The position numbers and the translations under genes are program-made. Below, in pieces: positions 12,625 to 24,749 of a stretch of 64,000 nucleotides of DNA. Location: NCBI GenBank assembly GCA_043228905.1, contig JBHGNT010000013.1:17236001-17300000 (forward strand), read 5' to 3'. The notes beneath the pieces were generated by a model. The model made no database searches and was not told the origin of the DNA. It saw nothing but the letters and a program-made list of their open reading frames with translations. The stretch is from Azolla caroliniana (Eukaryota; Plantae; Polypodiophyta). Positions within the stretch are counted from its first letter, which is position 1; every line of letters begins with the position of its first letter.

Positions 12625-15570
12625 TACGTTACTTCATAAGTGTCATACACGAATCCCAACTTGAAAGACGAGCCTTTATAGTAATGAGTCGAGGTGATGA
12701 GAATCTGAAAAATTCTTGTGTGTGGCTTGAGTATCACGTAAATGGTAATAACTCGTGTACAACATGAATCTCTTGGAGACAAAGTAGAGGATCCTCTGGT
12801 GGGCTTTTTCAAGATTTTGGGATGTTCAAGCTTCATCCAAAGGGATAACATCCCATGTTGGCCAAAAAGGGACTAGAATTGATCAAAGAATGAACCAAAT
12901 TATCATAAGAAACCTATGCGAAATGCAAATAGTCAACCCAATCATCATGTTGATAGTAGATGAAACCATAAAGAAACTACTCTAGGATTTGAATGGTACA
13001 TTCAATTTGACCATCAATTTCTAAATGATAGGTCAAAGAGATTCTACAAGAAATTTGGAGGAACCCAAGCAAGTATTTCCAAAATTTAGAGATGAATTAT
13101 GGGCCTCAATCATTGATCATGCCATGGGGAAGACCATGATGTTTAAATGCTTACACAAAACTAGATATATTGTCTCTTAACAATTGATAGTCTTTGTGCA
13201 TGTAAGGAAATGTGTCACTTTAGTGAGCAAATACATCACAGTAAGAATGATATTAAAACCTTTGGAATATGGAAGATCAATAATGAAATCCAAAGAGATA
13301 GACTTCCATCTATTGACACTTTAGCCCAACACCATCGACTATCAACAACTGCTAAGGGTTGGAATAACCCATATGGTTTATGTAAACTAGGATATTTCAA
13401 TCGACAACATGTATCTCAACCACAAATGTAATGCTCAACAAAGTTATGAAGTTGTGGTTGCTAATAGCTTCGAGAAACTGATTCCAAAGTCTTGTGGACC
13501 CTAAAATATCTGTATCCATCAACATGTCATGGTAATTGTGTTACAAGACTTGGAGTCAAGAATGACATCATGAACATGTAGTAATTTATTATGAAAAAAC
13601 AACTCATCATGTTGATTGACCTTATTATAATATTTTAAGACGCTAGTTTCCATTAGCCGCAAATGATTAGGACTCAAGAAGACTTGCTTAGTAGGCTCTA
13701 CTAGATGCGGTGCCATATAAGGACATTGAGATAGAGCATCAACCTTTCCTTGAATACATGATGAAGAAATTGTGCGTGAAACTACGTTCAACAAGTTTGT
13801 TATCAACTCCAAACTTATGTGTTCTAAAAATGTGTTAGGTTCTTATGATTAAATTGAACAATGATTTGATCGGTAGAACCTTCTAGAAAATGGTGCCATG
13901 CTCAAAAGAACTCTACAATAGCCAAAAGCTCATTGTCATGAATCTCATAACTGATTTTCATAACCTCATTTTCCCATGAATGGAAAGCGACTAGAAACAA
14001 ATTTTCCCTTTGTCATTGGTTTGTAATATGAAAAATTTGAGTGCAAAATCAAACATATAAGGTTCTAGAATAATGGCTTTGGGTGGTTTTACATGGATCA
14101 AAATAGGGTTGTATATAAATCCACTCTTTATGCTTTCAAATGCCTTTGTTGCACCTAAATTCCATGTGAATGGTTGGTTCTTTTGTGTAAGAGATAGAAC
14201 CATCTTCGATTAATTCCTGTCATGAATTTCTAGTAAAGATGATCAAACCCCAGGAAGCATTAGACATCATGCATGGACCATTCCGTTTTCTAGTCTAGAA
14301 TTGTTTGCACTTGTGCAAGATCTATAGACTATAGAGATACTTTCCAATGAGACTAAATATCCTAGGAATTCCACTTCATCACAATTAAAACTAAACTTCT
14401 CACGTTTGCCATAGAGCCCATGTTCTCATAATTTTCGTAGAACTTTAGAAACATGAACATCTAAATAAATGATGGTGAATATGTCCAAGAAGTCTAGAAA
14501 AATATCATTGATCATAGGTTTAAAATCCTTGGCTCATTCATGAAACAGAAAGAAGTGACTATACTCTCAAAATGTCCATATGAAGTGTGAAACATAGTCT
14601 TCCACTCATCAATTAGACAAATTCAAATACGATTATCAACATTTCTAAGATCTAACTTTATGACATTTTTAGATTCAATCAGGTATTTGAAAAGAGTTGA
14701 GATTAGAGGAGAGGCATACCTATTTCAAATTGTGACTTTGTTTAAGCCTTGATAGTACACAATCAAGCGAAATGACTTGTCTTTTTTCTTAATAAAGAAG
14801 ATTGTACCACAATAGGATATTTGGAATGCCAAATTATCATCAAGATATTTTTCAAAAACATTTAGCTTTGGTGGTGATAGGTTATAAATTGGTCCCTATG
14901 ACAAATCTTTTCACTAGTTGAAGGTCGATAGGAGAATTATAAGGTCAATGTTCCAAGAGTGTAGTAGCCTTCTCCTTATCAAAGACATCTTGAAATTCTT
15001 GACACTTGGTTTTAACTAAGGTTCCTAGTTTATATGGACTCAAAGATGGTATTGTTACCACATAAAGTACAAACATTTCTTTCTTTAATCCCTTGATGCA
15101 TTACACTTAGACTTTGAAACAACTTGGAAGTTAAATGTCTGTTTTTTTGTAAGATCCCATTTTCTCCAATCAATCTTTGAATTGTGGAGCTCGAATAAAG
15201 GTAGATCAAGGACAATTAGAGGCTCAAGTCTATGGATTATATTGAATGAAATCACACAATTCATGTAGGTTTGTAACCTAGAAATACACAAATTAGCTCA
15301 AACTCTTGAATTATATATTCGGAGGCATTAGGATGAGCATTTATGACTATGCTAGATGTAATTTTGTCAAGAGGCTTTTCTCTGTCGAGGAAAAAATTTG
15401 GTCCATGAGGCAAGAATTGGCTTCTAAACTTAAGAGGCCAAAGGCAAGAACTCAATAAGATCTAGATGACATATTAAGTTCAACTTGTGACGCAAAACTC
15501 ATACTAACTTGATTTGACCAAATGGAACCATTACTTTGACTCTTGTCCAACCAAATTGTTGTAGTTAAGG
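12625..15570 (-). mobile_element. Heavily decayed Ty3/Gypsy pol, similar to the element at 60-63 kb
   Basis: Minus-strand remnants of YRGLNKVT..NRYA.PLI (about 14730), GHFEY (about 14570), LTQKNQPFTWN...AFESIK, GKVDALS and integrase fragments, colinear with ORF 60625-63150. Confidence 0.8.
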
Positions 15571-15571
15571 T

Positions 15572-15682
15572 CGTCAAGATGAGGGTATACAACACAACAC
15601 CGTGTATGATTAAGACAACAAGAGATGGATATAGAACAATAGAATAGAAGGATTGATAGAGACAACTCATGAACAACAAAAG

Positions 15683-15738
<56 letters not shown>

Positions 15739-16346
15739 TAAAAGGCACCAAAATACATGATGGGAAACGAGTCCCTCCGGATGGGAAGGAGAACACAAGC
15801 CGGATCCGAAGGAGAAGAAAGGTCGGACCCAGACCCGGATCCGGATCAGTGTCCGGATAGGTATTCGGGAAGAAGGAATAAAATGTTGTTAAGAATTAGG
15901 CAAGTAATTAAGCAAGGATTAATTAGTACCTAATTATGTGATTAGTTGATAAGCGGAAGATTATGTGATATGTGTGTGAGAGGAAGAGAGGGAGAGAGAG
16001 AGATACACTTATGAACAACACAAGATGGGGGATGAGTAAGTATATTAAATTAGCATTATCATCATCAAATACAAAAATACCCACAATGAGGTATATATAC
16101 ATCTCATGTGCAAAGGTGCACATGTGTGAGTAGAATGTAGGTACTAAGGTGTAAGTCCTATATTAAATGTACTTAGGAGTGGAGGATCTAGAATATCCTA
16201 CTTAAGTATAGGGTCCTATTTAAGGCTTTATAGTCAACACTTCTAACTAGATTCTATCTAGGTAACTACGAAGTTACATGGTTGACTAACTAACTAAACT
16301 AAGTTGAGCTTGATCTCTCAACAAATGTAAATAGGTTTCGGTATCA
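15572..16346 (-). mobile_element. Probable 5' LTR of the decayed Gypsy, interrupted by a solo LTR
   Basis: Lies just upstream of the pol remnant and contains an (AG)n tract (15689-15735) and CCGGAT motifs. Termini are not cleanly recognisable. Confidence 0.4.
15887..16323 (-). mobile_element. Solo LTR (437 bp) with perfect 5-bp TSD AATGT
   Basis: Termini TGTTAAGA...TCTCAACA; AATGT at 15882-15886 and 16324-16328; reverse-complement similarity to LTR 24750-25204. Confidence 0.85.
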
Positions 16347-17906
16347 ATGTTGTTAACAGAGTCTCAATGTTCCGGAAAATAGTGAGGCTCCGATATCAAG
16401 ATGGCTCAAGCATGGCAGATCATTTGAATGTCTTCCAGGGACTGATAAACCAAACCACCTCTCTAGAAGTGGCTCTTACCCACAAGGTACAAGCATTATT
16501 ATTGTTGCAATCCCTTCCGGACAGTTGGGAGACACTCGTCATCACACTGGGAAATGCCAGACCTGAAGGGAAACACATATCCTTGGAGAAGGTGAAGTCA
16601 AGCTGGCTTAATGAGGAAGCTCGTCGGAAGGATAGAGAAGCAATTGCCGACCCAAAGGCCTTAGTCACGGAAGGTAACTCGAATCAGGGAAGAGGCTGGA
16701 ACAAAAGTCCCCAGAACTGGGAAAAGTTGGGGACCAGGTCGAAGTCACGGGGAAGGCCTACTTGCTTCTATTATGGGAAGTCAAGGCACTTTTAGAAAAA
16801 TTGTCGACACTACCGAAAAGACAAAGGGGAAGCTAGCGGTATTCAGCCAAAGAAGAATCCACATAGTAAGAACACCTCGGGAATTGCAACAAGTGAGGAG
16901 GAGCTGTTGTTGATTAACGAGCAGAACGAAGTGAATCTTGTCGATGACTATTCGACATGGGTGGTCGACTCCAGAGCGTCATTTCACCTAAGCCCCAACC
17001 AGATGTGCTTCTCATCGTACAAAGCTGGAGACCAAGTAGACCAAGTCTTTGTGAAGAAGGGGAATGAAGGAGCATGCTGAATTGTCGGCATAGGAGATGT
17101 GTGTCTGGTGACGTCGACCGGGTGCTGACTAGTGTTGAAGGATGTCTGACACATTCCAGAAGTTCGACTGAATATGATATCAACCGATCGACTGGATGAT
17201 GAAGGCTACACATGTAGCATCCAGAATGATGTCATGAAGTTTTGCAAAGGGAGTCTAATTGTGGCTTCAGCCCGGAAAACCAACACGTTGTATCGTATGC
17301 ATGCTCGGATATGTCGGGAAGAAGCGAATGTGGCAGTCGGCATTGTCGGTGAGCTATGGCACAAGAGGTTGTGCCATGTGAGTGAGAAGGGGATGTGGAG
17401 ACTTGCCGATGACGACCTCATTCCGGAGGTGAAGAACGTGCAACTTGAGAAGTGCACCGATTGCTTGGCCAACAAGCAAAACAGAACTACCTTCCAAACT
17501 AGGCCCCCGACAAGGAAGAGAATGTTGTTGGAACTCGTGCATACAGACATATGTTATGTAGATACTAAGTTACAAATTGGCTCACAATATTTTGTGACAT
17601 TCATTGACGACTATAGTCAGAAGTTGTGGGCTTCCGTCTTGAAGACCAAGGACCAAGGATTCTCTGTCTTCAGAGAGTTCCAAGCGAGTGTTGAACGAGA
17701 GACCAGCCGACAACTAAAAGCGGTCCAAGCGGATAACAGTGGAGAATACCGAGGATAGTTCAAACAATATTGTTGGTCGAAGGGATCTTGACTCGAGTAT
17801 ACCGTGCCGAAAATGCTGGAACTAAACGGGTTGGCCGAGAGGATGAACTGGACCATTATGGAGAGGGTCTGAAGTATGTTAGCACATGCTAAATTGTCCA
17901 AGACAT

Positions 17907-19106
17907 TGTCGTAAAAATCCGTCACTATGTGCGAATCGTGAGGCGGAACCATCGGGGTTCTAAACCGGAAGGATTTGAAGTTTGTACTAACTTTAACGAG
18001 AAAGTATTTAAGATAGATTGAGAGAGATTGATATGGAGAAAGAGAGAGATTGAGATAAAGATTAAATGCTTAACTTTAGATTTGAGAGACAAGATACATC
18101 AAAAATAGGATAACAAGTTTCTTATTTTTCCCAAATTTTTCATTAGTTTTCTCTTGCTTGATTCCTCCACTCTTTTATAGATGCCCCCATGCATATGGTG
18201 CATGTGAGGGTGCAAGACATGCACGTAATGCATGAAATGCATGTTTGCCATGTCATCATCTAAGCTCTCATGTATGAGAATTTACATCTAAAATGATCAA
18301 AGTAAAACTTTTGAAGATATAACTTGGCTTAGTGGTAAGTCTATTGATTTTCAACTTGGAGGTGCAAGGTTCAAATTCCTACTTGCACCCCTTTCTACAC
18401 AAATTTTCTTTTTACTAGGCTTTTTAGTCTTGTTTTTACAAATGTTTAAGTGCATATTGCACCTTCACTTGACCTCCAAAGAACTAGACGATTTTGTTCG
18501 TTTCACACAAGACATCGTGCGTCACGATAAATCTACCCGTCCGTTCCATCCTATCTGCATCCGTTCGGTCCAGTCCCATCCGTTCGATCCGGCCCGGTCC
18601 GCATGCCATCCGGTCTGCAACCCGAGCCGGTTTCGTCCGATATGCATCCCGATCCGGTTCCGGTTCCGTCGTCGTCCAGTCATCGGTTCCGTCACCTTCC
18701 GTCCAGATTCGTCCAAAACCAATGAACTCTGCTGCATCCATTCGTCAAGTCATAAAACTCAACATTTTTATGCTCTAAACACATAAATATATTTTGAAGA
18801 GATATTGGTCTGCTTATATACTCTGGAATCCTTATTTGTCCTGTCTATGTGGGATATCTCACAATTTTGTTTTTCTCTTCTTCTTCGCAATCTTCATACC
18901 CACATAACTTGATACTTAGTTGTCTGTTTCTTATGTAGTAAAGTGCATTTGAAAGCTCTTGAAGACCTCCATCTTTTCATACCAAGATATTAAACTTATT
19001 TAGAATAGTATCTTCATTATTATTGTTTCATATATTGTGAGAAGAACCACACTCGATTTTGTATGTTCCTCACAATTTACACACTATCGCCGAAATCTTC
19101 ACGACA
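17907..19106 (-). mobile_element. 1200-bp solo LTR inserted in Copia integrase, 4-bp TSD ACAT/ACGT
   Basis: Termini TGTCGT...ACGACA. The uninterrupted paralog at about 22960 reads AAG-ACGT-TTTGGG. A minus-strand TATA (CTATAAAAG near 18180) precedes a CT-rich U5. Confidence 0.85.
18318..18390 (+). promoter_or_regulatory. tRNA-like Pol III type-2 internal promoter (A/B box) in LTR U3
   Basis: A-box TGGCTTAGTGG at 18325 and B-box GGTTCAAATTCC at 18368, 43 nt apart as in tRNAs. T-runs follow at 18404-18425. No intact acceptor stem. Confidence 0.65.
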
Positions 19107-19299
19107 ACGTGTTGGGCTAAGGCATTGATGACAGCGGTGTACGTGATAAATAGATCACCCTTGGTACCCTTGAACGGAGATATTCCACAAAGGGTGTGAA
19201 CCGGCAAAGACATCTCCTATCGACATCTAGGGGTGTTCGGTTGTCTTGCCTACATGCATGTGGCAAAGAACCAAAAGGCAAAGATTTCCGGATAAAGAA

Positions 19300-21070
19300 T
19301 ATGTTGTCGAGGTTATCCTCATGGATGCGTAGAAGTTGGTTTATATGATCCAGCCTCTCGGTTTTCAGTTGGCGGTGTCCCGGCTTAAGAAGTCGCTTTA
19401 CGGTCTGAAACAAGCCCCTCGAGCTTAGAATGCGAAAATCATGCACCGGTTGCATAAGATGGGGTTTGTGACCTCTAAATTTGACTCATTGTTGTTCATT
19501 TGGCAAGGTTCGGACGGTCCGGTTTGCATCTTACTTTATGTAGATGATTTAGTCATCACCGGACCCAGACTCAATGAAATTGGCCGTGTCAAAGCACAAC
19601 TGTCGGACACATTTGAGATGAAGGACCTAGGGGACCTTCATTATTTCCTTGGGATCGAGGATCTGAACCCCCGATGGCATATTGCTCTCACAACGACACT
19701 ATGTGTTGAATTTGTTGTACAAGTTCGGCATGACGGAATGCAAACCTGTCTCCACAACCCTCGACCAAAACTAGAAGCTCTGTCCCAACTCCGGACCAAC
19801 CTACGATGAGAAACAGTTCTGACAAATAGTCAGAAGCCTGATATACTTGACAATCACCCGGGTCGACATCAGTTATCCGGTCGGTGTGATCAACCAATTC
19901 ATGCAGAAGTCAACCGTGGAGCACCATCAATGCGCGCATCAAATATTGCGGTATGTGAGCGGCACGAAGGACTGAAGACTATTATACCGACATGGTATAA
20001 ATAAAGATATAGTCGAATACACAGATGCCGACTGGGCTGGCGATGCATCAGATTGCCGATCCACTCCGGTTACAGGTTTTCTCTAGGTAGCGCGGCTATT
20101 GCGTGGAGCAACAAAAAGCAACCAATTGTGGCTCTGTCAAGCACTCAGGCTGAGTACCGAGGCGCTACCAATGCCACCTGTGAAGTCATCTGGCTTCAGC
20201 GACTGTTGCGAGATCTCCGGATCGAGGTGCCGACCCCGATCCTAATCTATTGCGACAACATAAGCAACATACAACTCGCCAAGAACCACATATTCCATGC
20301 TCGAACGAAGCACATAGAAGTGCATTATCACTTCGTGCATGAGCGGCTCTTGAGCAGTGAAGTCAAACTTCGGTATGTTCAAACGAATCGGCAAGTTACC
20401 GACATCTTCACCAAGCCGCTAGGATCAGACAAGTTGCAACATTTTTTGGAGATGCTCGGTATACAACATCTCAATGTGCCGCACTTGAGGGGGAGAACAG
20501 GAATGGGAATAAATGGCACCAGACAAGGAGGTGGAGAGGAAGGAAGAACCAAAGGGGGAAACAAGAGGAAAAAGCAAACCGATTCAATGAAGGAAGTCGG
20601 CACATCCGAACAAGTCGGAACGAGCGGCAGCGGCGACAGAGTCAAGAAGGACAAAGCCGACCGGAAGGAGAAGGCCAAGACTCGGACATGGTCTAATGTG
20701 GTGAAGGGCCTGAAACTGGAAGACGAGTTGGAGAACACCGACTCAGACAAGACCGGGAACGAATCAGAGACATCCGATTCGCTTCAACAGTTGGATTCTG
20801 AGGAGCCGGATCAACTAAAGACTAAGCGGACACGAACGCAACAGAAGTTGACGCCAACACGAAGGAACCGACGGGTTGACAAGCGCTGGAGTCACAATAG
20901 CGAGGGAGCTGAAATGGGCCTATTGAGCAGACAAGCCAACCGAGGAGGTTGAGGTGCACAGAACCAAACGGGTCGCAGCAAACAGGACCGGACCCGATGA
21001 GGAACACGACCAAGGCGGAGCGATGCTAGAAGGAGCCGGGTAGAAGAACCGGCTACCACAGACACTAACA
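19300..21070 (+). mobile_element. Ty1/Copia RT-RNaseH of a second family, with a 3' extension
   Basis: RLKKSLYGLKQAPRA, LYVDDL, MKDLGDLHYFLGIE, YTDADWAG, YCDN and HARTKHIEVHYHFV; purine tract TTGAGGGGGAGAA near 20485. Confidence 0.9.
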
Positions 21071-21074
21071 CCAC

Positions 21075-21472
21075 GATCGCTCAACCGGATCCGGATCGGC
21101 ATCCGAAAGGATGAGCCGAATCGGGGAGACGGATCGGAGAGCCTAATTCAAGTGCGAACCGGAAGCCTGGTACTAGCCTAGACTACTAGGTAATCATTGT
21201 CTTGTAGTAAGTGTCTGTCGCTCATATGAGCATTGAAGTACATAGTACTTTTGTCAGTCCTTTTGAGGACTTGTATAAATAGTGTTGTTTAGGACGTTGT
21301 ATGTACAAAGAGTTACAAAATGTTTTTATTTTTGAATCTACATTTACGTTCTGCTCTCTCTGTCTCTCCCACGTATACTCTCTGTGTATTAAGCTTCTCC
21401 AGTAAACCTTCATCTTATTCTCAGTTGCTATCCTGCTGAGTTGGTTCTATCTAACGCTTCTGCACGTTAACA
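21075..21472 (+). mobile_element. 3' LTR of the second Copia family (5' end not recognisable)
   Basis: Colinear with the reverse complement of LTR 55543-55931 (GCTCAACCGGATCCGGATCGGCAT.CGAAAGGATGAGCCG; GAGCATTGAAGTACAT; GGACTTGTATAAA). Ends in TTAACA. Confidence 0.8.
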
Positions 21473-21677
21473 TTGACATACTTCGATGCACCTTGATTAC
21501 AATCAAGGTGAACAACACTAGTTACAGAAGCATAATTTAGTTCTTGCTCTTTTGTCTACCTTCTCTCTCTCTTGTTCTCTTGTCTATGCTCTCTCTCTAT
21601 CTATATATCTATCTTTCGCTCTCTCTTAATATTTAACTCGCCTACTTATGCCTGTCCTGGTCTACCCGTTCGTGACA
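21473..21677 (+). mobile_element. 3' fragment of another LTR (CT-rich U5 ending TTCGTGACA)
   Basis: Truncates the RNaseH end of the minus-strand Copia exactly at ...ACA; the terminus resembles the TGTCA-type Gypsy LTR ends. Confidence 0.5.
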
Positions 21678-24450
21678 GCATCCAGCACCTTGGTCAGTAT
21701 GTCTAACCCATTCTCCTCTGTAGGGATCTTCGTAAGCAAGAACTCTTTATCTTCTATCTTCTCTCGGAACCAGTCATATCTCCTTTGGATGTGCTTGGTC
21801 TGGGAATGGTAGGTTGCGTTCTTCGCGAGGTGGATGGCACTTTGACTGTCACAGTAGAGATGGAATTCATCTTGCCGAATCCCTAGCTTCCCGATGAAGT
21901 CCTTCATCCCGATTACCTATTTACTGGCTTCTACAACCGCCATGTACTCCGCTTTCGTTGTCGATAGTGCAACAGACTTCTACAACCTCAACTGCCACGA
22001 TACGGCTCCCCCTACATATGTCATAACATATCCGAACGTTGACCAGCTGGTATCCGCATCAGCCGACATATCTGAATCCGTGAATCCTTCAAGTTGGGCT
22101 TTACCTGAGCCGAATCGGAGGCACATACTCGAGGTGCCTTTCAAATACTGGAGTATCCACTTGACTGCAGTCTAGTGTTCTCTTCCCGGATTTCTCATGA
22201 ACCGGCTTACCACTCCGATAGCATATCCGATATCCGGTCGGGTACACACCATTGCACATCAAGCTTCCGACGGCAAAGGCATATGGTACCTTCATCATCT
22301 CCAACTTCTCTGCCTTCATCTTCGAGTCTATTTTTCGGACAACTTGCAATTTGCCGGAAGTGTTGATCCAACATGTTGAACCTTTGGAGTACCTTTCTCA
22401 CATACTTCTCCTGTGACAGCCATAACTATTCCTACATCTCTGAGAGGATATCTCTGTCCTTGGTTCTCAACTACCGGTTCCTCTATCTGTTCTTCATCCA
22501 AATCTGATTCAGGGTCTTGTCCGTTTCTTGTCTGAATCCGGCCGGTTCTTCGAGTGTCATCCGACTTTGGCCGGATGAGTCCTTGTATCTTTTGACCGAT
22601 CTCTGTCGGTCGACCCAGAGTCCACTATCTTCTTCTCTGACTCCCAGTCGGTAATGTTCTTGTCTTCCATGAAGACTACATCTCGACTCTAGAAAACCTT
22701 CTTGTCGACCAAGTCCCACACTCGGTAACCGAATTCATCATCGCCGTAACCAAGGAATATGCATGGCCGGGACATTGGATCCAATTTCGCTCTCTTGTCC
22801 TTTGCAACATGCACGTAGGTGAGATAGCCGAACACCTTTAGATGCCGGTAAGATACGTCTTTGTCGATCCATACTTTCTGTGGTGTGTCTCCATTCAAGG
22901 GCGTTGAGGGTGACCTGTTTATCACATATGTTGTTGTCATCAGCGCCTTAGCCCAAAACGTCTTGGGTAACTTGGCATGTGCCAACATACTCCGGGCTCT
23001 CTCCATTACGGTCCGGTTCATCCTTTCGTCCAATCCGTTCAGTTCTAGTGTCTTCGGCACGGTAAATTCGAGCCGGATTCCTACCAGCAACACTCCTCGA
23101 ACTGCCCCCGGTATTCTCATCCGTTGTCCGCTCGAACCGCCTTCAACTTCCGACCGATTTCCTTTTCCACCCTCGCATGGAATTCCTTGAAGACGGATAA
23201 TACCTGGTCCTTCGTCTTCAACGGTGAGACCCACAGTTTTCGGCTATGATCATCTATGAACGTCACAAAGTACTACGATCCGGCATGTGACTTCGTGTCC
23301 ACTTGGCATACATCAGTATGCACAAGTTCCAATGTTGCATTTCGTCTCGACGGTGGTTGGATCCGGAAAGAGGTTCGATTTTGCTTGTCGGCCAAACAGT
23401 CGGTGCATTTCTCAAGCTGCATGTCTTTCACCTCTGGCAAGTTTTCTCATCCCTTTCTGGCTCATGTGTCACAGCTCACCGACATTGTCGTATGCCACAT
23501 TCACTTCTTCCCGGCATATCCGGGCATGCATCAGGTACAGTGTGTTGATCTTCCAGGCTCGAGCCACGATCAGGCTTCCTTTGTAAAACTTCATGACTCC
23601 ATTCCAGATGATACCCATGTAGCCTTATCATCTAGTCGACCGGTTGATATCAGGTTCAAACAAACATTCAGAACGTGTCGTCCATCTGTTAGCAGCAACT
23701 TGCACCCGGTTGATGTTGTCAAACACACATCCCCTACGCCAACAATTCGGCACGTACCTTCATTTCCCATCCGGACACAACCATGATCTTCAACTTTGTA
23801 CAATGAGAAGCACTTCTGTTCGGAGCTCAGATGGAACGACGCGTTGGAGTCGACCACCCACGTCGTTTCGTCACTGACAATATGTAGCTTGTTTTCCTCG
23901 GTGATGAGCAACAACTTTTCCTCGCTTGTCACGATTGCCGACGTTCCTTTCCTATCCGAACTCCTTTGGTCTGGACCCTTCTTCGAGTCAGTGTTGTCGG
24001 TTCCTTTCTCCTTCCGGAAGTGTTGAAAGTTCTTTTGGAAGTGCCCCATCTTCCCGCAATAAAAGCAAGTGGGTCTCCCCCTTGACTTCAACCCTGTCGT
24101 CAATTTGTCCCGGTTTTGGGGACTTCGATTCTGGCCTCTTTCCCGGTTATGGTCATCTTCCGTAACCAAGGACTTCGGATCGGTTCCGGATTCCCGATCC
24201 TTCCAGCAAGCTTAATTTTACCCTTGTTAGGTACAGTTGTTTTCCTTCCGGCCCGGCGTTGCCCAGAGTGACAACTAGCGTCTCCCAGCTATCAAGGAGG
24301 GAATGCATTCATGTGCTCTGCCATGCTTGATCCTTCTTTGTACCGAAGTCTCACTAACTTCCGAAATACCGAAACTCGATTTACAACGTCCTTGCTCTCT
24401 AGCATGGTGGCGATTTTCTCCCAATGCTCATTTGCCTTGTTCTCTTCATT
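21678..24450 (-). mobile_element. Ty1/Copia element with internal deletions; same family as 16347-19290
   Basis: Gag VVNRVSVFRKLVRLRY, CFYCGKMGHF, WVVDSNASFHL, integrase KLPKTFWAKAL...PCIFLGYGDDEFGYRVWD, RT tail KVPYAFAVGSLM and RNaseH LYCDSQSAIHLAKN. Confidence 0.9.
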
Positions 24451-24749
24451 GGGAGCCCATAGACTCCAACTATCACTATGAGAGGAAGGATACAATGCGA
24501 GACTCAGAGGCAACGACCTCGAGCTTTATGTCTTCGCCAACCAGCGGTTACAACAGAAAATGCTTTCTGATTCTCTCTCTCTCTTTCTATCACTTGGCAA
24601 AGTTAAACTTGGAGACTCACATCAGTGTGATGTGATTGGTATTAGAGATATCTCAATGCCTTTTAGCAATGGTTCTGATCTTACCATGTACCATGTTCAT
24701 CAACTAACTTGTACTTTAATGTGTTGGTTAGCGTGATGACAACAGTTAT

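Larger units (their letters stand above)
16347..19290 (+). mobile_element. Ty1/Copia gag-protease-integrase fragment, interrupted at 17907
   Basis: Gag LLLQSLPDSWETLV, zinc knuckle CFYYGKSRHF, protease WVVDSRASFHL, GAG-pre-integrase LWHKRLCH and integrase LELVHTD...DNSGEY. The frame resumes after 19106 (WAKALMTAVYVINRSP). Confidence 0.9.

Noticed and set aside
18318-18390. Functional tRNA gene (also at 59652-59720)
   Set aside because: Acceptor and anticodon stems do not pair properly; kept only as promoter-like cassettes.
18430-18786. Four overlapping ORFs
   Set aside because: GC-rich TCCG/CCGG repeat block inside a solo LTR, depleted of stops by composition.
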